A DNA stretch of 64,000 bases from Thermoplasmata archaeon (GCA_035502015.1 DATJVA010000001.1:676-64675); one strand, 5' to 3'; numbered from the stretch's first letter, positions 29,139-38,627 are shown. Translations and numbers: made by a program. Notes: a model not told the origin generated them from the sequence alone.

Positions 29139-29447
29139 ATGGCATGCACGTGCCGAAACCCGGCCCGATGTCCGATCTGCAACACGCCCGTGCGGGTTCC
29201 GCTGACGAACCTTGAGAGCTCGGCGGGGGCCGCGATCCTCGTGGAGAAGTTCGCTCGCCGGGACACCTCGTCGTCGCGCGAGGGGCTCCGTGGCCTGATC
29301 CAGGGATGGGCGAGCTGTCCGTCGTGCGGGCACACCATCTCGTTCGAGCACTCTCGGCAGTGCTTCGCGTCGGCGCTCAGCTCCGCCGGTGTCCCGATGG
29401 CCGAGCGTGAAGCGATCCTCTCCAAGATCACGTTCCCCGAGGGCTGA
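29139..29447 (+). CDS. Hypothetical zinc-ribbon protein upstream of trpS
   Basis: CPICN...(about 39 aa)...CPSCGH. High GC3 coding-like codon usage. Ends 11 nt before the trpS ATG. Alternative start at 29112. Confidence 0.4.
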   Translation: MACTCRNPARCPICNTPVRVPLTNLESSAGAAILVEKFARRDTSSSREGLRGLIQGWASCPSCGHTISFEHSRQCFASALSSAGVPMAEREAILSKITFPEG

Positions 29448-29458
29448 CGGGGACGCGC

Positions 29459-30607
29459 ATGCCCGAGCCGGACGAGTTCGTCGTCACGCCGTACGAGGTA
29501 CGCGGCCACATCGACTACGCCCGGCTGCGGGAGCTGTTCGGCACCCAGGAGCTGACGCCCGAGCTGCTCGCGAAGGTCCACCACATCGCGGGTGGCGACC
29601 TCCACCCGCTCCTGTCCCGAGGGATCTACTACTCGCACCGGGACCTCGCCGCGCTCCTCGACGGGTTCGCGAACGGGAAGCCGTTCTTCCTCTACTCTGG
29701 GCGCGGGCCCTCCGGACCGCTCCACACGTCGCACCTTGTCCCGTTCGACCTCTGTCAGTGGTTCCAGCGCCGGCTCGGGGTCCCGATGTATATCCAGATC
29801 ACGGACGACGAGAAGTTCTGGGCCCGGGCGGGGCTCACCCGGGAGGAGACCGCCCACTGGGGGCTCGAGAACCTCTACGACATCCTCGCCCTCGGCTTCG
29901 ACCCGAAGCGCACGCGCGTCTTCTTCGACTCCCGTTCGATCTCGGCGCTCTACCCGCTCGCGATCCGCGTCGCGCGGAAGATCCCGTACTCGACCGTGAA
30001 GGCGGTCTTCGGGTTCGAGCCGAGCACCAACATCGGCCTCGTCTTCTACACCGCCCTTCAGACGGTCCCGTGCTTCTGGCCGTCCTGGGCGGAGGGCCGG
30101 TCGGTCCCCTGCCTCATCCCGTGCGGGATCGACCAGGACCCGCACTTTCGGGTCACGCGCGACATCGCCGAGGGGCTCGGCTACCCAAAGCCGGCCCTCC
30201 TCCACAGCCAGATGATCCCGGGCCTGCTGGGCGAGGCGGCGATGTCCACCTCCGGGGACCGGCCCGACAACGCCCTCTTCCTGAACGACCCTCCCGAGGC
30301 CGTCGACCGGAAGGTCCGCAACGCGTTCACGGGGGGTCGCGCGACCGTCGAGGAGCAACGCCGGCTCGGCGCCACCCCCGAGGTCTGCTCGGTCTGGGCG
30401 CTTTGGCGGACCCGGTTCGCCGAGTCGGACGAGAAGTTCCAGGAGGTCACCGCCGGGTGCCGCTCGGGCGCACTCCTTTGTGGGGAGTGCAAGGGCCAGC
30501 TGCTCGAGCGTGTCCACGCCTTCTACCGGCACCACGCCGAGGCCCGCGAGAAGGTCAAGGGGTGGGCCGAGTCGACGATCGTGACGTCGGCCCCGAAGGC
30601 CCTGTAG
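29459..30607 (+). CDS. trpS: Tryptophan--tRNA ligase (archaeal/eukaryotic type)
   Basis: 382 aa. ...GRGPSGPLHTSHL (HIGH-like) and ...AMSTSGDRPDNALFL (KMSKS-like) are class-I motifs. Confidence 0.9.
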   Translation: MPEPDEFVVTPYEVRGHIDYARLRELFGTQELTPELLAKVHHIAGGDLHPLLSRGIYYSHRDLAALLDGFANGKPFFLYSGRGPSGPLHTSHLVPFDLCQWFQRRLGVPMYIQITDDEKFWARAGLTREETAHWGLENLYDILALGFDPKRTRVFFDSRSISALYPLAIRVARKIPYSTVKAVFGFEPSTNIGLVFYTALQTVPCFWPSWAEGRSVPCLIPCGIDQDPHFRVTRDIAEGLGYPKPALLHSQMIPGLLGEAAMSTSGDRPDNALFLNDPPEAVDRKVRNAFTGGRATVEEQRRLGATPEVCSVWALWRTRFAESDEKFQEVTAGCRSGALLCGECKGQLLERVHAFYRHHAEAREKVKGWAESTIVTSAPKAL

Positions 30608-30647
30608 TCCGGCACGCCCGTTCGCGGCGTTCGGTAACCTTGGGAAA

Positions 30648-31466
30648 CTACAGGATCTCCGGCCGGGGGAACCGTCGGCGGGGCGTCTCGGGGGGCTGGC
30701 GAGGGTCGCTCGGGCCGGGCGCTTCGGCGCCTTCCTCCGCCCCCTCCTGTACCGCGGTGATCAGCCGGAGCATCGGCCGGAACAGTGAGCGTCGAGCCCG
30801 CTCGGGGTCGAGCGTGTAGGCCCGCTCGTAGGCGGCGATCGCCTCCTCCTCGTCCCCGAGGCTCAGGAGCGAGAGGGCGAGGTCGAGCCAGCTCTTCGCC
30901 TCGCGGGCCCCTTCCCGCTCGCCGGTCTCCTCGAGGTGGTCGTCGGCGGGGGGACGGGAGGTGGAGCTCGGCCGGACCGGTGGCGCTGAGTTCGAAGGAG
31001 GGGTCGGGGGCTCGTGGGTCTCGGTCGGCAGGGGTGCCTCCCGCGAGAGGACGAGCGCCCGTTCGAACGCCACCGAGGCGGCCGGCTCGTCACCGGACTC
31101 GGCCAGGGCGACCCCGAGCCGGTGCCACGCGACCATGTCGTCCGGGGCGAGCGCGACCGCTCTCTGGTAGGCCATCGCCGCGGAGCTCCACTCGTCCCGC
31201 AGGGAGCGGGCCACGCCGAGGTGGAACCACGCCTCCGCGTTCTCCGGAGTAAGGGCGATCGCACGGCTCAGGGCCCCTTCGGCCTCCGCCGCCTCCCCGA
31301 GGTGCGCGAGGGAGATCCCGAGGTACGCCCACGCACGGCTGTCCGCGGGGCTTTCCCGGACGACGTCCCGGAACGCCGCGACGGCGCTCTCGTACTCGTG
31401 CCGCAGGAAGTAGTGAACGGCGATGTCGAAGCGGTGGGTCACACCCGGTACCCGAGCGCCGAACAC
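30648..31466 (-). CDS. TPR-repeat protein with Pro/Glu-rich C-terminal tail
   Basis: At least 5 TPR units (AWAYLGISLAHLGEAAEAEGALSRAIAL.. etc). Confidence 0.75.
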   Translation of the reverse strand: MFGARVPGVTHRFDIAVHYFLRHEYESAVAAFRDVVRESPADSRAWAYLGISLAHLGEAAEAEGALSRAIALTPENAEAWFHLGVARSLRDEWSSAAMAYQRAVALAPDDMVAWHRLGVALAESGDEPAASVAFERALVLSREAPLPTETHEPPTPPSNSAPPVRPSSTSRPPADDHLEETGEREGAREAKSWLDLALSLLSLGDEEEAIAAYERAYTLDPERARRSLFRPMLRLITAVQEGAEEGAEAPGPSDPRQPPETPRRRFPRPEIL

Positions 31467-31484
31467 GGCGGAGGCGGAAAAGCC

Positions 31485-31502
31485 TGCCGTCCGGACGGCA
31501 GC
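31485..31502. promoter_or_regulatory. Perfect 18-bp palindrome CTGCCGTCCGGACGGCAG, 19-36 nt upstream of the TPR gene ATG
   Basis: Read directly. It overlaps the expected BRE/TATA position of the minus-strand gene, so it is a candidate operator. Confidence 0.3.
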
Positions 31503-31705
31503 ACCGACCCCGGATCGGTTTCCGAGCGACGCCGGCGCACGGCGGCGGCTTTATATCCTACTCCCGGAGTCAGTCGTCCGAGGAATTCCGAAGCCATCCC
31601 GACCCGAGCGTCCCGCCCGTCCTATTTCTGCGACGAGTGTTCGCGCGAGAAGCGGTGCGCCAGGGCTCCTCGAAACAGAGAACGCGAAAGAAGAGGCGAC
31701 CCGAA

Positions 31706-32221
31706 ATGGTAGACAAACCCCTGACAAAAGTGCGAGACCTGACGCCGAACTCGAAGCAAGTGAACGTCCTAGCCAAAGTGGTCAACGTGGGCGAGCCCAA
31801 GGAAGTCATGGGCAAGTTCGGCGACCCGAGGAAGGTCTGTGAGGCGGTCGTCGGCGACGACACGGCCACGATCATCCTTTCGCTGTGGAACGAGCAGATC
31901 GGATCCATCGCGAAGGACGAGGTCATCCTCGTCGACAACGGCTACGTTTCCCTCGTGCGCGGCCACATGCGCCTGAACGTGGGCCGGTACGGGAACCTGT
32001 CGAAGTCCACGGAGGCGATTGCCGAGGTCAACTCGACGCTCGACATGAGCCAACAGGAGTTCGAGAGCGAGCGCCGCTCCTTCGGTGGCGGCGGTGGCTA
32101 CCGTGACCGCGGCGGAGGCGGCGGTGGCGGTGGATACGGCGGCGGCCGCTACGGTGGCGGCGGCGGTGGCGGTGGTGGGGGCGGAGGGCGCGAGCGCTCC
32201 GACTCCTACAAGCGCTACTGA
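31706..32221 (+). CDS. ssb: Single-OB-fold ssDNA-binding protein (SSB/RPA-like) with Gly-rich (GGY/RGG) C-terminal tail
   Basis: Start at MVDKPLTKVRDLTPNSKQVNVLAKVVNVGEPKEV... (OB fold as in crenarchaeal-type SSB). Tail is GGGGYRDRGGGGGGGGYGGGRYGGGGGGGGGGGGRERSDSYKRY. Confidence 0.7.
   Translation: MVDKPLTKVRDLTPNSKQVNVLAKVVNVGEPKEVMGKFGDPRKVCEAVVGDDTATIILSLWNEQIGSIAKDEVILVDNGYVSLVRGHMRLNVGRYGNLSKSTEAIAEVNSTLDMSQQEFESERRSFGGGGGYRDRGGGGGGGGYGGGRYGGGGGGGGGGGGRERSDSYKRY
32084..32190 (+). repeat. Low-complexity (GGN)n tract encoding the SSB Gly-rich tail
   Basis: ggtggcggcggtggc... repeated. The opposite strand gives an Ala/Val-rich shadow ORF. Confidence 0.8.
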
Positions 32222-32269
32222 GCGGGCGCGACGCATCGGCCGAAATCCGGTCGTCCCCCCGAACCCCTT

Positions 32270-32309
32270 CCCCCGCCCTCCGGGCGGGGGCCCTTCTCGG
32301 GTTTTGTTT
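32270..32309 (+). terminator. Stem-loop (CCCCCGCCC / GGGCGGGGG) followed by T-tract GTTTTGTTT downstream of ssb
   Basis: Read directly. A 9-bp perfect stem, 3-nt loop, then an oligo-T tract on the coding strand. Confidence 0.4.
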
Positions 32310-32341
32310 AAGTAGGTCCGCCCGCTGTTAGCTCGACCACC

Positions 32342-33007
32342 ATGCCCGATGATGCCCACGAGCTGACGCTTTACGTCCAGTCGAAGAGAGCCGTCACGTC
32401 GTTCTTCCGTCCCGGCCCCTCTTCGTCGCCGGAGTCCGTGCTGGCCGGCGTTTCGCCATCCAGCCCGGCGACGGGCGATGCGGTCGTCGATCAGACGGTC
32501 CTGTTCCTCTCGGACGACCAGGCCCGTTGCCAGGCGCTCGTGGAGGAGACCGCCGTCCAGCGCGGCTACCGCCTCCGCGTGATCGACATCGAGCGCGTCG
32601 GGCGCATCGAGCGCCTCGTCGCCGAGCACCTGCGCGGCGTCCAGAAGTTCCCCGTGCTCATCTCGCCGCTCGGCCGACGCCTCGAGGGCGTCGAGGCGTT
32701 CACCGAGGACGAGCTCGCGGCGATCATGCCGGCCGACCTGAAGAGCGTCCGGGCGTTCTCCTACCTCAAGGTCCGCGGCGGAGACCTCGACAAGATCAAG
32801 CGCCTGCTTGAGACGCTCGCTGAGGTGAAGGAGCTGCACTTCCTCACGGGCGACTGGGATATCCTGGTCGTGCTCGATTTCCAGCCGACCACCGCGAACA
32901 AGCGACGCGTCCTTGACTTCGTGACCGAACGGATCCGGGGGATCCCCGAGGTCATCGACACGTCGACGATCATCCCCGAGTACTCGCTGACGAAGTTCCC
33001 GCTGTAG
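32342..33007 (+). CDS. Fusion protein: N-terminal thioredoxin/glutaredoxin-like domain + C-terminal Lrp/AsnC RAM (ligand-binding) domain
   Basis: C-terminus AFSYLKVRGGDLDKIKRLLETLAEVKELHFLTGDWDILVVL...IPEVIDTSTII is an AsnC_trans_reg-like RAM domain. The N-terminal ...VLFLSDDQARCQAL...FPVLISPLG is Trx-fold-like; no HTH seen. Confidence 0.5.
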   Translation: MPDDAHELTLYVQSKRAVTSFFRPGPSSSPESVLAGVSPSSPATGDAVVDQTVLFLSDDQARCQALVEETAVQRGYRLRVIDIERVGRIERLVAEHLRGVQKFPVLISPLGRRLEGVEAFTEDELAAIMPADLKSVRAFSYLKVRGGDLDKIKRLLETLAEVKELHFLTGDWDILVVLDFQPTTANKRRVLDFVTERIRGIPEVIDTSTIIPEYSLTKFPL

Positions 33008-33026
33008 GGAAAGCGTCGCGACCGCC

Positions 33027-36000
33027 CTACTTCCGCTTCCCGCGCCGCGGGCGAGGACGCTTTCGACGTGGGGTCACCGGTAGCGCCGCCGGCCGATCCC
33101 CCGTCGCGCTCCCCGGCTCGGCCGTCCCGTAGAGCGGGTCCCCGGTGAGGGGATGCTCCTCGAGCCACGCGACCCCCTCGACGTACTCCGCGAACGCTTC
33201 CAGGCTGGTGAAGAGGGGAATCCCGAGCTCGACCGCCCGGCGTCGGAGGATGTACTCGTCCTCGAGCATCCGCTCGAACTTCTCCTGGGTGAGGGAGAGC
33301 GGGACGTTCAGGAGGAGGTCGATCCCGCCGCCGTCCAGCGCCTCGAGCACGTTCGGGTGACGCTCGGGCTCCGAGACCTTGTGGAGGACCCGGACCCCGC
33401 GGACGCTGCGCGCGGTGAGGAACGCCTGCGTGTCCTCGGTCGCGGTGATCCCGAGGCCGAGCGAGCGCAGCCGGACCGCCGTGGGGAGGAGCTGCTCCTT
33501 GAGGACGGGGCCCCCGACCGAGAGAAAGACGGTCCCCCGGCGCGGAACGAGCTTGACCCCGGTCGCCACGAGCGCCTTCACGAGCGCGTCCGAGAACGTC
33601 GGCCCGAAGCAGGCGACCTCCCCGGTCGACTGCATCTCGACGCCGAGCAAAGGGTCGGAGCCCGTCAGCTGCAGGAAGGAGAACTGGGGTACCTTCACTC
33701 CCCAGCGGTTCGGGGGCAGCGGGGCGACCCCCTCCTTCGAAAGGGGCTTTCCGAGCATCGCACGGGCGGCCTCCCGCAGGAGGGGCATCCCGGTCGCCTT
33801 CGTGAGGAACGGGAGCGACCGGCTCGCCCGGAGGTTGAGCTCGATCACCTGGTAGCCGTGGTCCTTCACGAGGAACTGGATGTTGAACGGCCCGCGGATG
33901 CGCAGGTTCCGGGCGAGGGCGCTCGCGGCCGAGAGGAGCTCCGCTTGGACCTCGGACGACGTGTGGCGCGGCGGCAGGCAGAAGATCGCGTCACCGGAAT
34001 GGACCCCGGCCCGTTCGACGTGTTCGAGGATGCCGCCGACGAGCACGCGCTGCCCGTCCGAGATCCCGTCGAGTTCGAGCTCGTCCGCCCCTTCGACGAA
34101 CTTCGTGATCACCACCGGGTGCTCCGGGGAGACCCGGGCCGCCTCAGAGAGGAACCGGCCGAGGTCGTTGCGGCCGGAGATCACCCGCATCGCCTGTCCG
34201 CTCAGCACGTAGGACGGCCGGACGAGGACCGGGTAGCCGACCTCGTCCGCGAACGAGCTCGCCTCGTCGACCGTCGTGAACGCACGCCACGCGGGCTGCG
34301 GGATGTGCAGCTTCTCGAGCAGCCGGGCGAACTGCGCCCGGTTCTCCGCCGTGTCGATCGACTCGGAGGCCGTCCCGAGGATCGGGATGCCGCACATGTG
34401 GAGGAGCGGTGTGAGGTTCTGGGCGAGCTGGCTCCCGACGCAAGTGACGACCCCGTCGAACGACTCGAAGTCCTGGATGTCGCGGACCCGTTCGAGCGTG
34501 ATCTCCTCGAAGTAGAGCCGGTCCGAGCGGTCGTAGTCGGTCGAGACGGTCTCGGGGTTCGAGTTGAGGACGGCGACCCCGGGCACGCCCTCCGCCTTCA
34601 ACCCGTCCACGAGGTTCATCGTCGACCAATCGAACTCGACGCTCGAACCGATCCGGTACGGCCCGGCGCCGATCACGAGCACGGAGCCCTTCGTCATCGG
34701 GCGCACATCGTCGGCGTCGGCGCGGTAGGTCAGGTAGAGGTAGTTGGTGCGCGCGGGCCACTCGCCGGCCAGTGTGTCGATCATCCGGACGCGCGGACGG
34801 ATGCCGGCCGCGAGACGGCGTCGGCGCACCTCCTCCTCATCGAGCCGGGCGGCGCGCGCGATCGCGCGGTCGGAGAGGCCGAGCTCCTTCGCTCGGCGGA
34901 CCAGGGGCTCGGATAGCCCCGAGCCACCGGCCGCCGCGACCGCCCGGTCGATCGCCTCGACCTCCCCGAGCGCATCGACGAACCACCGGTCGATGACGGC
35001 AAGGCGGCTCACCTCCTCCGCCGAGATCCCGGCGCGCAGCGCTTCGAGGACGTGGAACAGGATGTCCGGGGTCGGAGTGGTGAGGCCGGCGACGATCTCT
35101 TCCCGCGGTCGCGGCTCCGCGGGGGGCACGAGGTCCGCCCGGGGGTCCCCCATGCGGACCGCCTTCTCCATCGCCTCGGGGAACGACGCACCGATCCCCA
35201 TCACCTCCCCGACCGACTTCATCGCCGGCCCGAGCCGTCGGTCGGCCCGCTCGAACTTGGCGAGGTCCCAGCGGGGCAGCTTCACGACGACGTAGTCGAG
35301 CGCCGGTTCGAACGCGGCGGTCGTGACGCCGGTGATCCGGTTCTTCAGCTCGGGGAGGGAGTAGCCGAGGGCGAGCTTCGCGGCGACGTAGGCGAGCGGG
35401 TAGCCGGTCGCCTTGCTCGCGAGCGCGCTCGACCGGGAAAGACGCGCGTTCACCTCGATCGCGTAGTACTCCTCGCTGTTCGGGTCGAGGCAGAACTGGA
35501 TGTTGCACTCCCCCACGATCCCGCACGCGTCGGCGGCCCGGAGCGCCGCCTGCCGGAGCATCTGGTACTCGAAATCGGTGAGCGTCTGGCTCGGCGCGAT
35601 CACCACGTTGTCCCCGGTGTGCACGCGCATTCCGAGGACGTTCTCCATGTTGCAGACGGTGAGCGTGTTGCCCCGGAGGTCCCGGACGACCTCGTACTCG
35701 AGCTGCTTGAACTCCCCGACGTACCGCTCGAGGAGCACCTGCCCGACCGGGCTCGCACGGACACCGCGAGCGACGACGTCGCGCAGCTCCTCGCGCGTCC
35801 GAGCCACCCCTCCGCCGCGGCCGCCGAGAGTGAACGCGACGCGGACCATCACGGGGTAGCCGAGCACGTCGGCCGCGTCGAACGCCTCGTCGACGGAATA
35901 GACCGCCCGGCTGGGGAGGGTCGGAACGTGCGCTTTCGACATCACGCGGACGAACTTCGCACGGTCCTCGGTCGCCCGGATCCCGGCGAGAGGGGTTCCG

Positions 36001-36344
36001 AGCACCCGGGTCGAGGTCCTCTTCAGGATCCCTTGGTCGGAGAGCTGGACGCCGCAGTTGAGCGCCGTCTGTCCGCCGAACGAGAGCAGGATCCCCTCCG
36101 GGCGCTCGCTCGCAAGGATCGGCGCCACGAACTCGGGCGTGAGCGGTTGGAAGTACACGCGCCCGCGCTTCGGAGGGTCGGTCTGGAGCGTCGCGATGTT
36201 CGGGTTGATGATGACGGCGTAGACGCCCTCCTCGTCGAGGGCCTTGAGGCACTGGCTTCCCGAGTAGTCGAACTCGCCCGCCTCGCCGATCTTGAGCGCG
36301 CCGCTCCCGAGGAGGACGACCTTGGACGGCAGGGAGGGGCTCAT
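33027..36344 (-). CDS. carB: Carbamoyl-phosphate synthase large subunit
   Basis: Start at MSPSLPSKVVLLGSGALKIGEAGEFDYSG (ATGA overlap with the carA stop). Two ATP-grasp halves plus an MGS-like domain. Extra basic tail PRRKRPRPRRGKRK. Confidence 0.95.
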   Translation of the reverse strand: MSPSLPSKVVLLGSGALKIGEAGEFDYSGSQCLKALDEEGVYAVIINPNIATLQTDPPKRGRVYFQPLTPEFVAPILASERPEGILLSFGGQTALNCGVQLSDQGILKRTSTRVLGTPLAGIRATEDRAKFVRVMSKAHVPTLPSRAVYSVDEAFDAADVLGYPVMVRVAFTLGGRGGGVARTREELRDVVARGVRASPVGQVLLERYVGEFKQLEYEVVRDLRGNTLTVCNMENVLGMRVHTGDNVVIAPSQTLTDFEYQMLRQAALRAADACGIVGECNIQFCLDPNSEEYYAIEVNARLSRSSALASKATGYPLAYVAAKLALGYSLPELKNRITGVTTAAFEPALDYVVVKLPRWDLAKFERADRRLGPAMKSVGEVMGIGASFPEAMEKAVRMGDPRADLVPPAEPRPREEIVAGLTTPTPDILFHVLEALRAGISAEEVSRLAVIDRWFVDALGEVEAIDRAVAAAGGSGLSEPLVRRAKELGLSDRAIARAARLDEEEVRRRRLAAGIRPRVRMIDTLAGEWPARTNYLYLTYRADADDVRPMTKGSVLVIGAGPYRIGSSVEFDWSTMNLVDGLKAEGVPGVAVLNSNPETVSTDYDRSDRLYFEEITLERVRDIQDFESFDGVVTCVGSQLAQNLTPLLHMCGIPILGTASESIDTAENRAQFARLLEKLHIPQPAWRAFTTVDEASSFADEVGYPVLVRPSYVLSGQAMRVISGRNDLGRFLSEAARVSPEHPVVITKFVEGADELELDGISDGQRVLVGGILEHVERAGVHSGDAIFCLPPRHTSSEVQAELLSAASALARNLRIRGPFNIQFLVKDHGYQVIELNLRASRSLPFLTKATGMPLLREAARAMLGKPLSKEGVAPLPPNRWGVKVPQFSFLQLTGSDPLLGVEMQSTGEVACFGPTFSDALVKALVATGVKLVPRRGTVFLSVGGPVLKEQLLPTAVRLRSLGLGITATEDTQAFLTARSVRGVRVLHKVSEPERHPNVLEALDGGGIDLLLNVPLSLTQEKFERMLEDEYILRRRAVELGIPLFTSLEAFAEYVEGVAWLEEHPLTGDPLYGTAEPGSATGDRPAALPVTPRRKRPRPRRGKRK

Positions 36345-37498
36345 GCGCGACGCCTCACCTTCCCGACGAACCGGTCGAAGACGAATCCGGCCTCCTGGGG
36401 GCCGGGGTGGCCCTCGGGGTGCCCCTGGAGGGCGAGTACCCGACCGGCCCCGTCCCGGAGCCCCTCGAGGGTCCCGTCGTCGGGGTTCGTCGCCCACGCG
36501 TCCAGGCCGGTGCCGTGGAGCGACCGAGCGTCGACCGCGTAGCCGTGGTTCTCGCTGACGATGATCGCTCGCCCGTCCTCGAAGCAGACCGTCTTGTTCT
36601 GCCCGCGGTGGCCGTACTTGAGCTTGAACGTCGTGGCGCCCCGCGCGAGGGCGATCAGCTGGTGCCCAAGGCAGATGCCGAGGGTCGGTAGCGCGCGGGT
36701 CGACGGGCGACGGAGCTCGGCGACGGTAGCGCCGAGCTCCGCGGGGTCCCCGGGGCCGTTCCCGACGACGAGGCCGACCACCCGACGGCCCTCGAACCGG
36801 GCCGGGACCGTCGCATCGTACGGGAGGCGGAGGACGCTCATCCCCCGGTCGAGCAGCGCGCGCAGGATGCTCGCCTTGACGCCGCAGTCGAGCACCGCCA
36901 CGAGGGGGCCTTTCGAGGGGCCGAGGAGCTTCGGCCGCTTCGGGGCGACCTCTGCCATGTAGTTCTCTTCGGCGTACGCCGGGGCGTTCGCGATCGACCG
37001 CGCGAGCTCCTCGTCCGACGGCACCTCGTCGGCCCCTCCGACGTGGAGAACCCCGCGAAGCACTCCGCCCGAACGCAGGTGCTGGGTCAGCCGCCGGGTG
37101 TCGACCCCACGGACCGCCGGGACCCCTTCTTCGAGGAGCCAGTCGTCGAGCGACCGAGCGCTCGACCAGTGGCTCGGCCCGGCGGTGCCCCGCATCACGA
37201 CCCCGCGGACCTGGACCTCCTCGCTCTCGAGCACCGGGAGTCCCCAGCCGTCGCGCGCGCCGGCCCCTGGCACCCCGTAGTTCCCGAGGAGCGGGTAGGT
37301 GAACGTGAGCAGTTGACCGCGGAACGAAGGGTCGGTGAGCGATTCGGGGTACCCGACCATCCCGGTCGTGAAGACCACCTCGCCGACGTGGCGGGACGGC
37401 GCGCCGAACCCCTCTCCCTCGAACCGTGTCCCGTCCTCGAGAAAAAGGGTCCCCCGGAGAGAGTCCTTGCCGGGGCGATTCGGCACGGGCGGTGACAA
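36341..37498 (-). CDS. carA: Carbamoyl-phosphate synthase small (glutaminase) subunit
   Basis: 385 aa. CPSase_sm N-terminus plus class-I GATase (ICLGHQL...HGYA). Confidence 0.95.
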   Translation of the reverse strand: MSPPVPNRPGKDSLRGTLFLEDGTRFEGEGFGAPSRHVGEVVFTTGMVGYPESLTDPSFRGQLLTFTYPLLGNYGVPGAGARDGWGLPVLESEEVQVRGVVMRGTAGPSHWSSARSLDDWLLEEGVPAVRGVDTRRLTQHLRSGGVLRGVLHVGGADEVPSDEELARSIANAPAYAEENYMAEVAPKRPKLLGPSKGPLVAVLDCGVKASILRALLDRGMSVLRLPYDATVPARFEGRRVVGLVVGNGPGDPAELGATVAELRRPSTRALPTLGICLGHQLIALARGATTFKLKYGHRGQNKTVCFEDGRAIIVSENHGYAVDARSLHGTGLDAWATNPDDGTLEGLRDGAGRVLALQGHPEGHPGPQEAGFVFDRFVGKVRRRA

Positions 37499-37624
37499 CC
37501 CGGGCGCCCCGAGGATACGATTCGGCCTTAACGCTTACCCTTCCCCGGACGCGAAATCCGCGCGACCGCGACCCCGCGGGGCCGGCGAGCCATCAAATCC
37601 CCGGACCGGCTGCTCGCGGTCGCG

Positions 37625-38620
37625 ATGCCCGGATTCCCTCGCCTTCAGGAGCGCTACGACATCATCGTCGTCGGCGGGGGCCACGCCGGCCTCCAAGCGG
37701 CGGTGAAGGCCGCCCTCCTCCAGCATACGACCGCCCTTCTCGACCGGGGCCCGAAGTACTCGCGTTCGTACTATGCCCCGCATATGATGAACGTCCCGGG
37801 GTTCCCGGACGGTGTCTCGGGCCACCACCTGCTCGACCAGCAGATCGCCGCGGTCCGGAAGTTCGAGGACAAGGTCGGCTACTTCACTCCGGCCGCGGTG
37901 ACCTCGGTCGAGAGGGGGCCGGACGACTTCGTCGTGACGTTCGAATGGCTGAAGCGGACGCACGTGACGCGGGGCCGGGCCGTGGTTCTCGCGATGGGCG
38001 TCGTCGACCGGATCCCGGTCGTCGGCGGCAAGATCGACACGATATTCCCCTGGGCGAACCAGGCGATCGTCGACTTCTGCCTCGTCTGCGATGGTTGGGA
38101 CCTCGTCGATCGGTCGGTCGCGGTGCTGGGCCATGACGCGTTCGCGGCGCGTACCGCGCTCGACATCCTCTCGTTCCGGCCGAAGTCGGTCGAACTGCTG
38201 ACCCACGGCCGCCCGCTGCTCGACGGAGTGCCCGAGCCCGACCGGTCCACCCTCGCGGCCGCTCTCATCGAGCACGGGATCCCGCACCTCACCTCCGAGA
38301 TGGTCGGCTTCGACGGCATCCGGGAAAAGCAGTTCGTCGTCCGGTTCGCGGACGGGACGCACCGGACCTACGACCGAGGGTTCAGCGGCCTTGGCTGGTA
38401 CGACATGCACCAGACGATCCCGCGCTCGCTCGGTTGCCGGTTCGACGCGGACGGGTATGTCGTCACGGACGACGACTGCCGCGCCCTGTCGGAAGCGACC
38501 GGTGAGCCGATCCCCGGCCTCTACTGCGTCGGGGACCAACGCAACGGTTGGAACCAGATCCCCGAGGCGTGGGCGACCGCCGAACGGGCGGTCGTTCACG
38601 CGTGGGCGTCGTACCTCTAG
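37625..38620 (+). CDS. trxB: Thioredoxin-reductase-like FAD/NAD(P)-dependent disulfide oxidoreductase
   Basis: YDIIVVGGGHAGLQAA (FAD GxGxxG) and FCLVCDGWD (CxxC redox site, cf. TrxR CATCDG). Confidence 0.7.
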   Translation: MPGFPRLQERYDIIVVGGGHAGLQAAVKAALLQHTTALLDRGPKYSRSYYAPHMMNVPGFPDGVSGHHLLDQQIAAVRKFEDKVGYFTPAAVTSVERGPDDFVVTFEWLKRTHVTRGRAVVLAMGVVDRIPVVGGKIDTIFPWANQAIVDFCLVCDGWDLVDRSVAVLGHDAFAARTALDILSFRPKSVELLTHGRPLLDGVPEPDRSTLAAALIEHGIPHLTSEMVGFDGIREKQFVVRFADGTHRTYDRGFSGLGWYDMHQTIPRSLGCRFDADGYVVTDDDCRALSEATGEPIPGLYCVGDQRNGWNQIPEAWATAERAVVHAWASYL

Positions 38621-38627
38621 CCGCGTG

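Noticed and set aside
29108-30819. ORFs 29108..30535(-) and 29389..30819(+) covering trpS
   Set aside because: Out-of-frame or antisense to an unmistakable TrpRS. Translations are low complexity.
32084-32190. (GGN)n tract considered as a possible CRISPR or tandem-repeat array
   Set aside because: No spacer/repeat periodicity. It is in-frame Gly-rich coding sequence for the SSB tail.
33153-36542. ORFs 33153..34916(+), 34837..36252(-), 35052..36542(+) within carB
   Set aside because: Shadow ORFs of a 1105-aa conserved enzyme gene.
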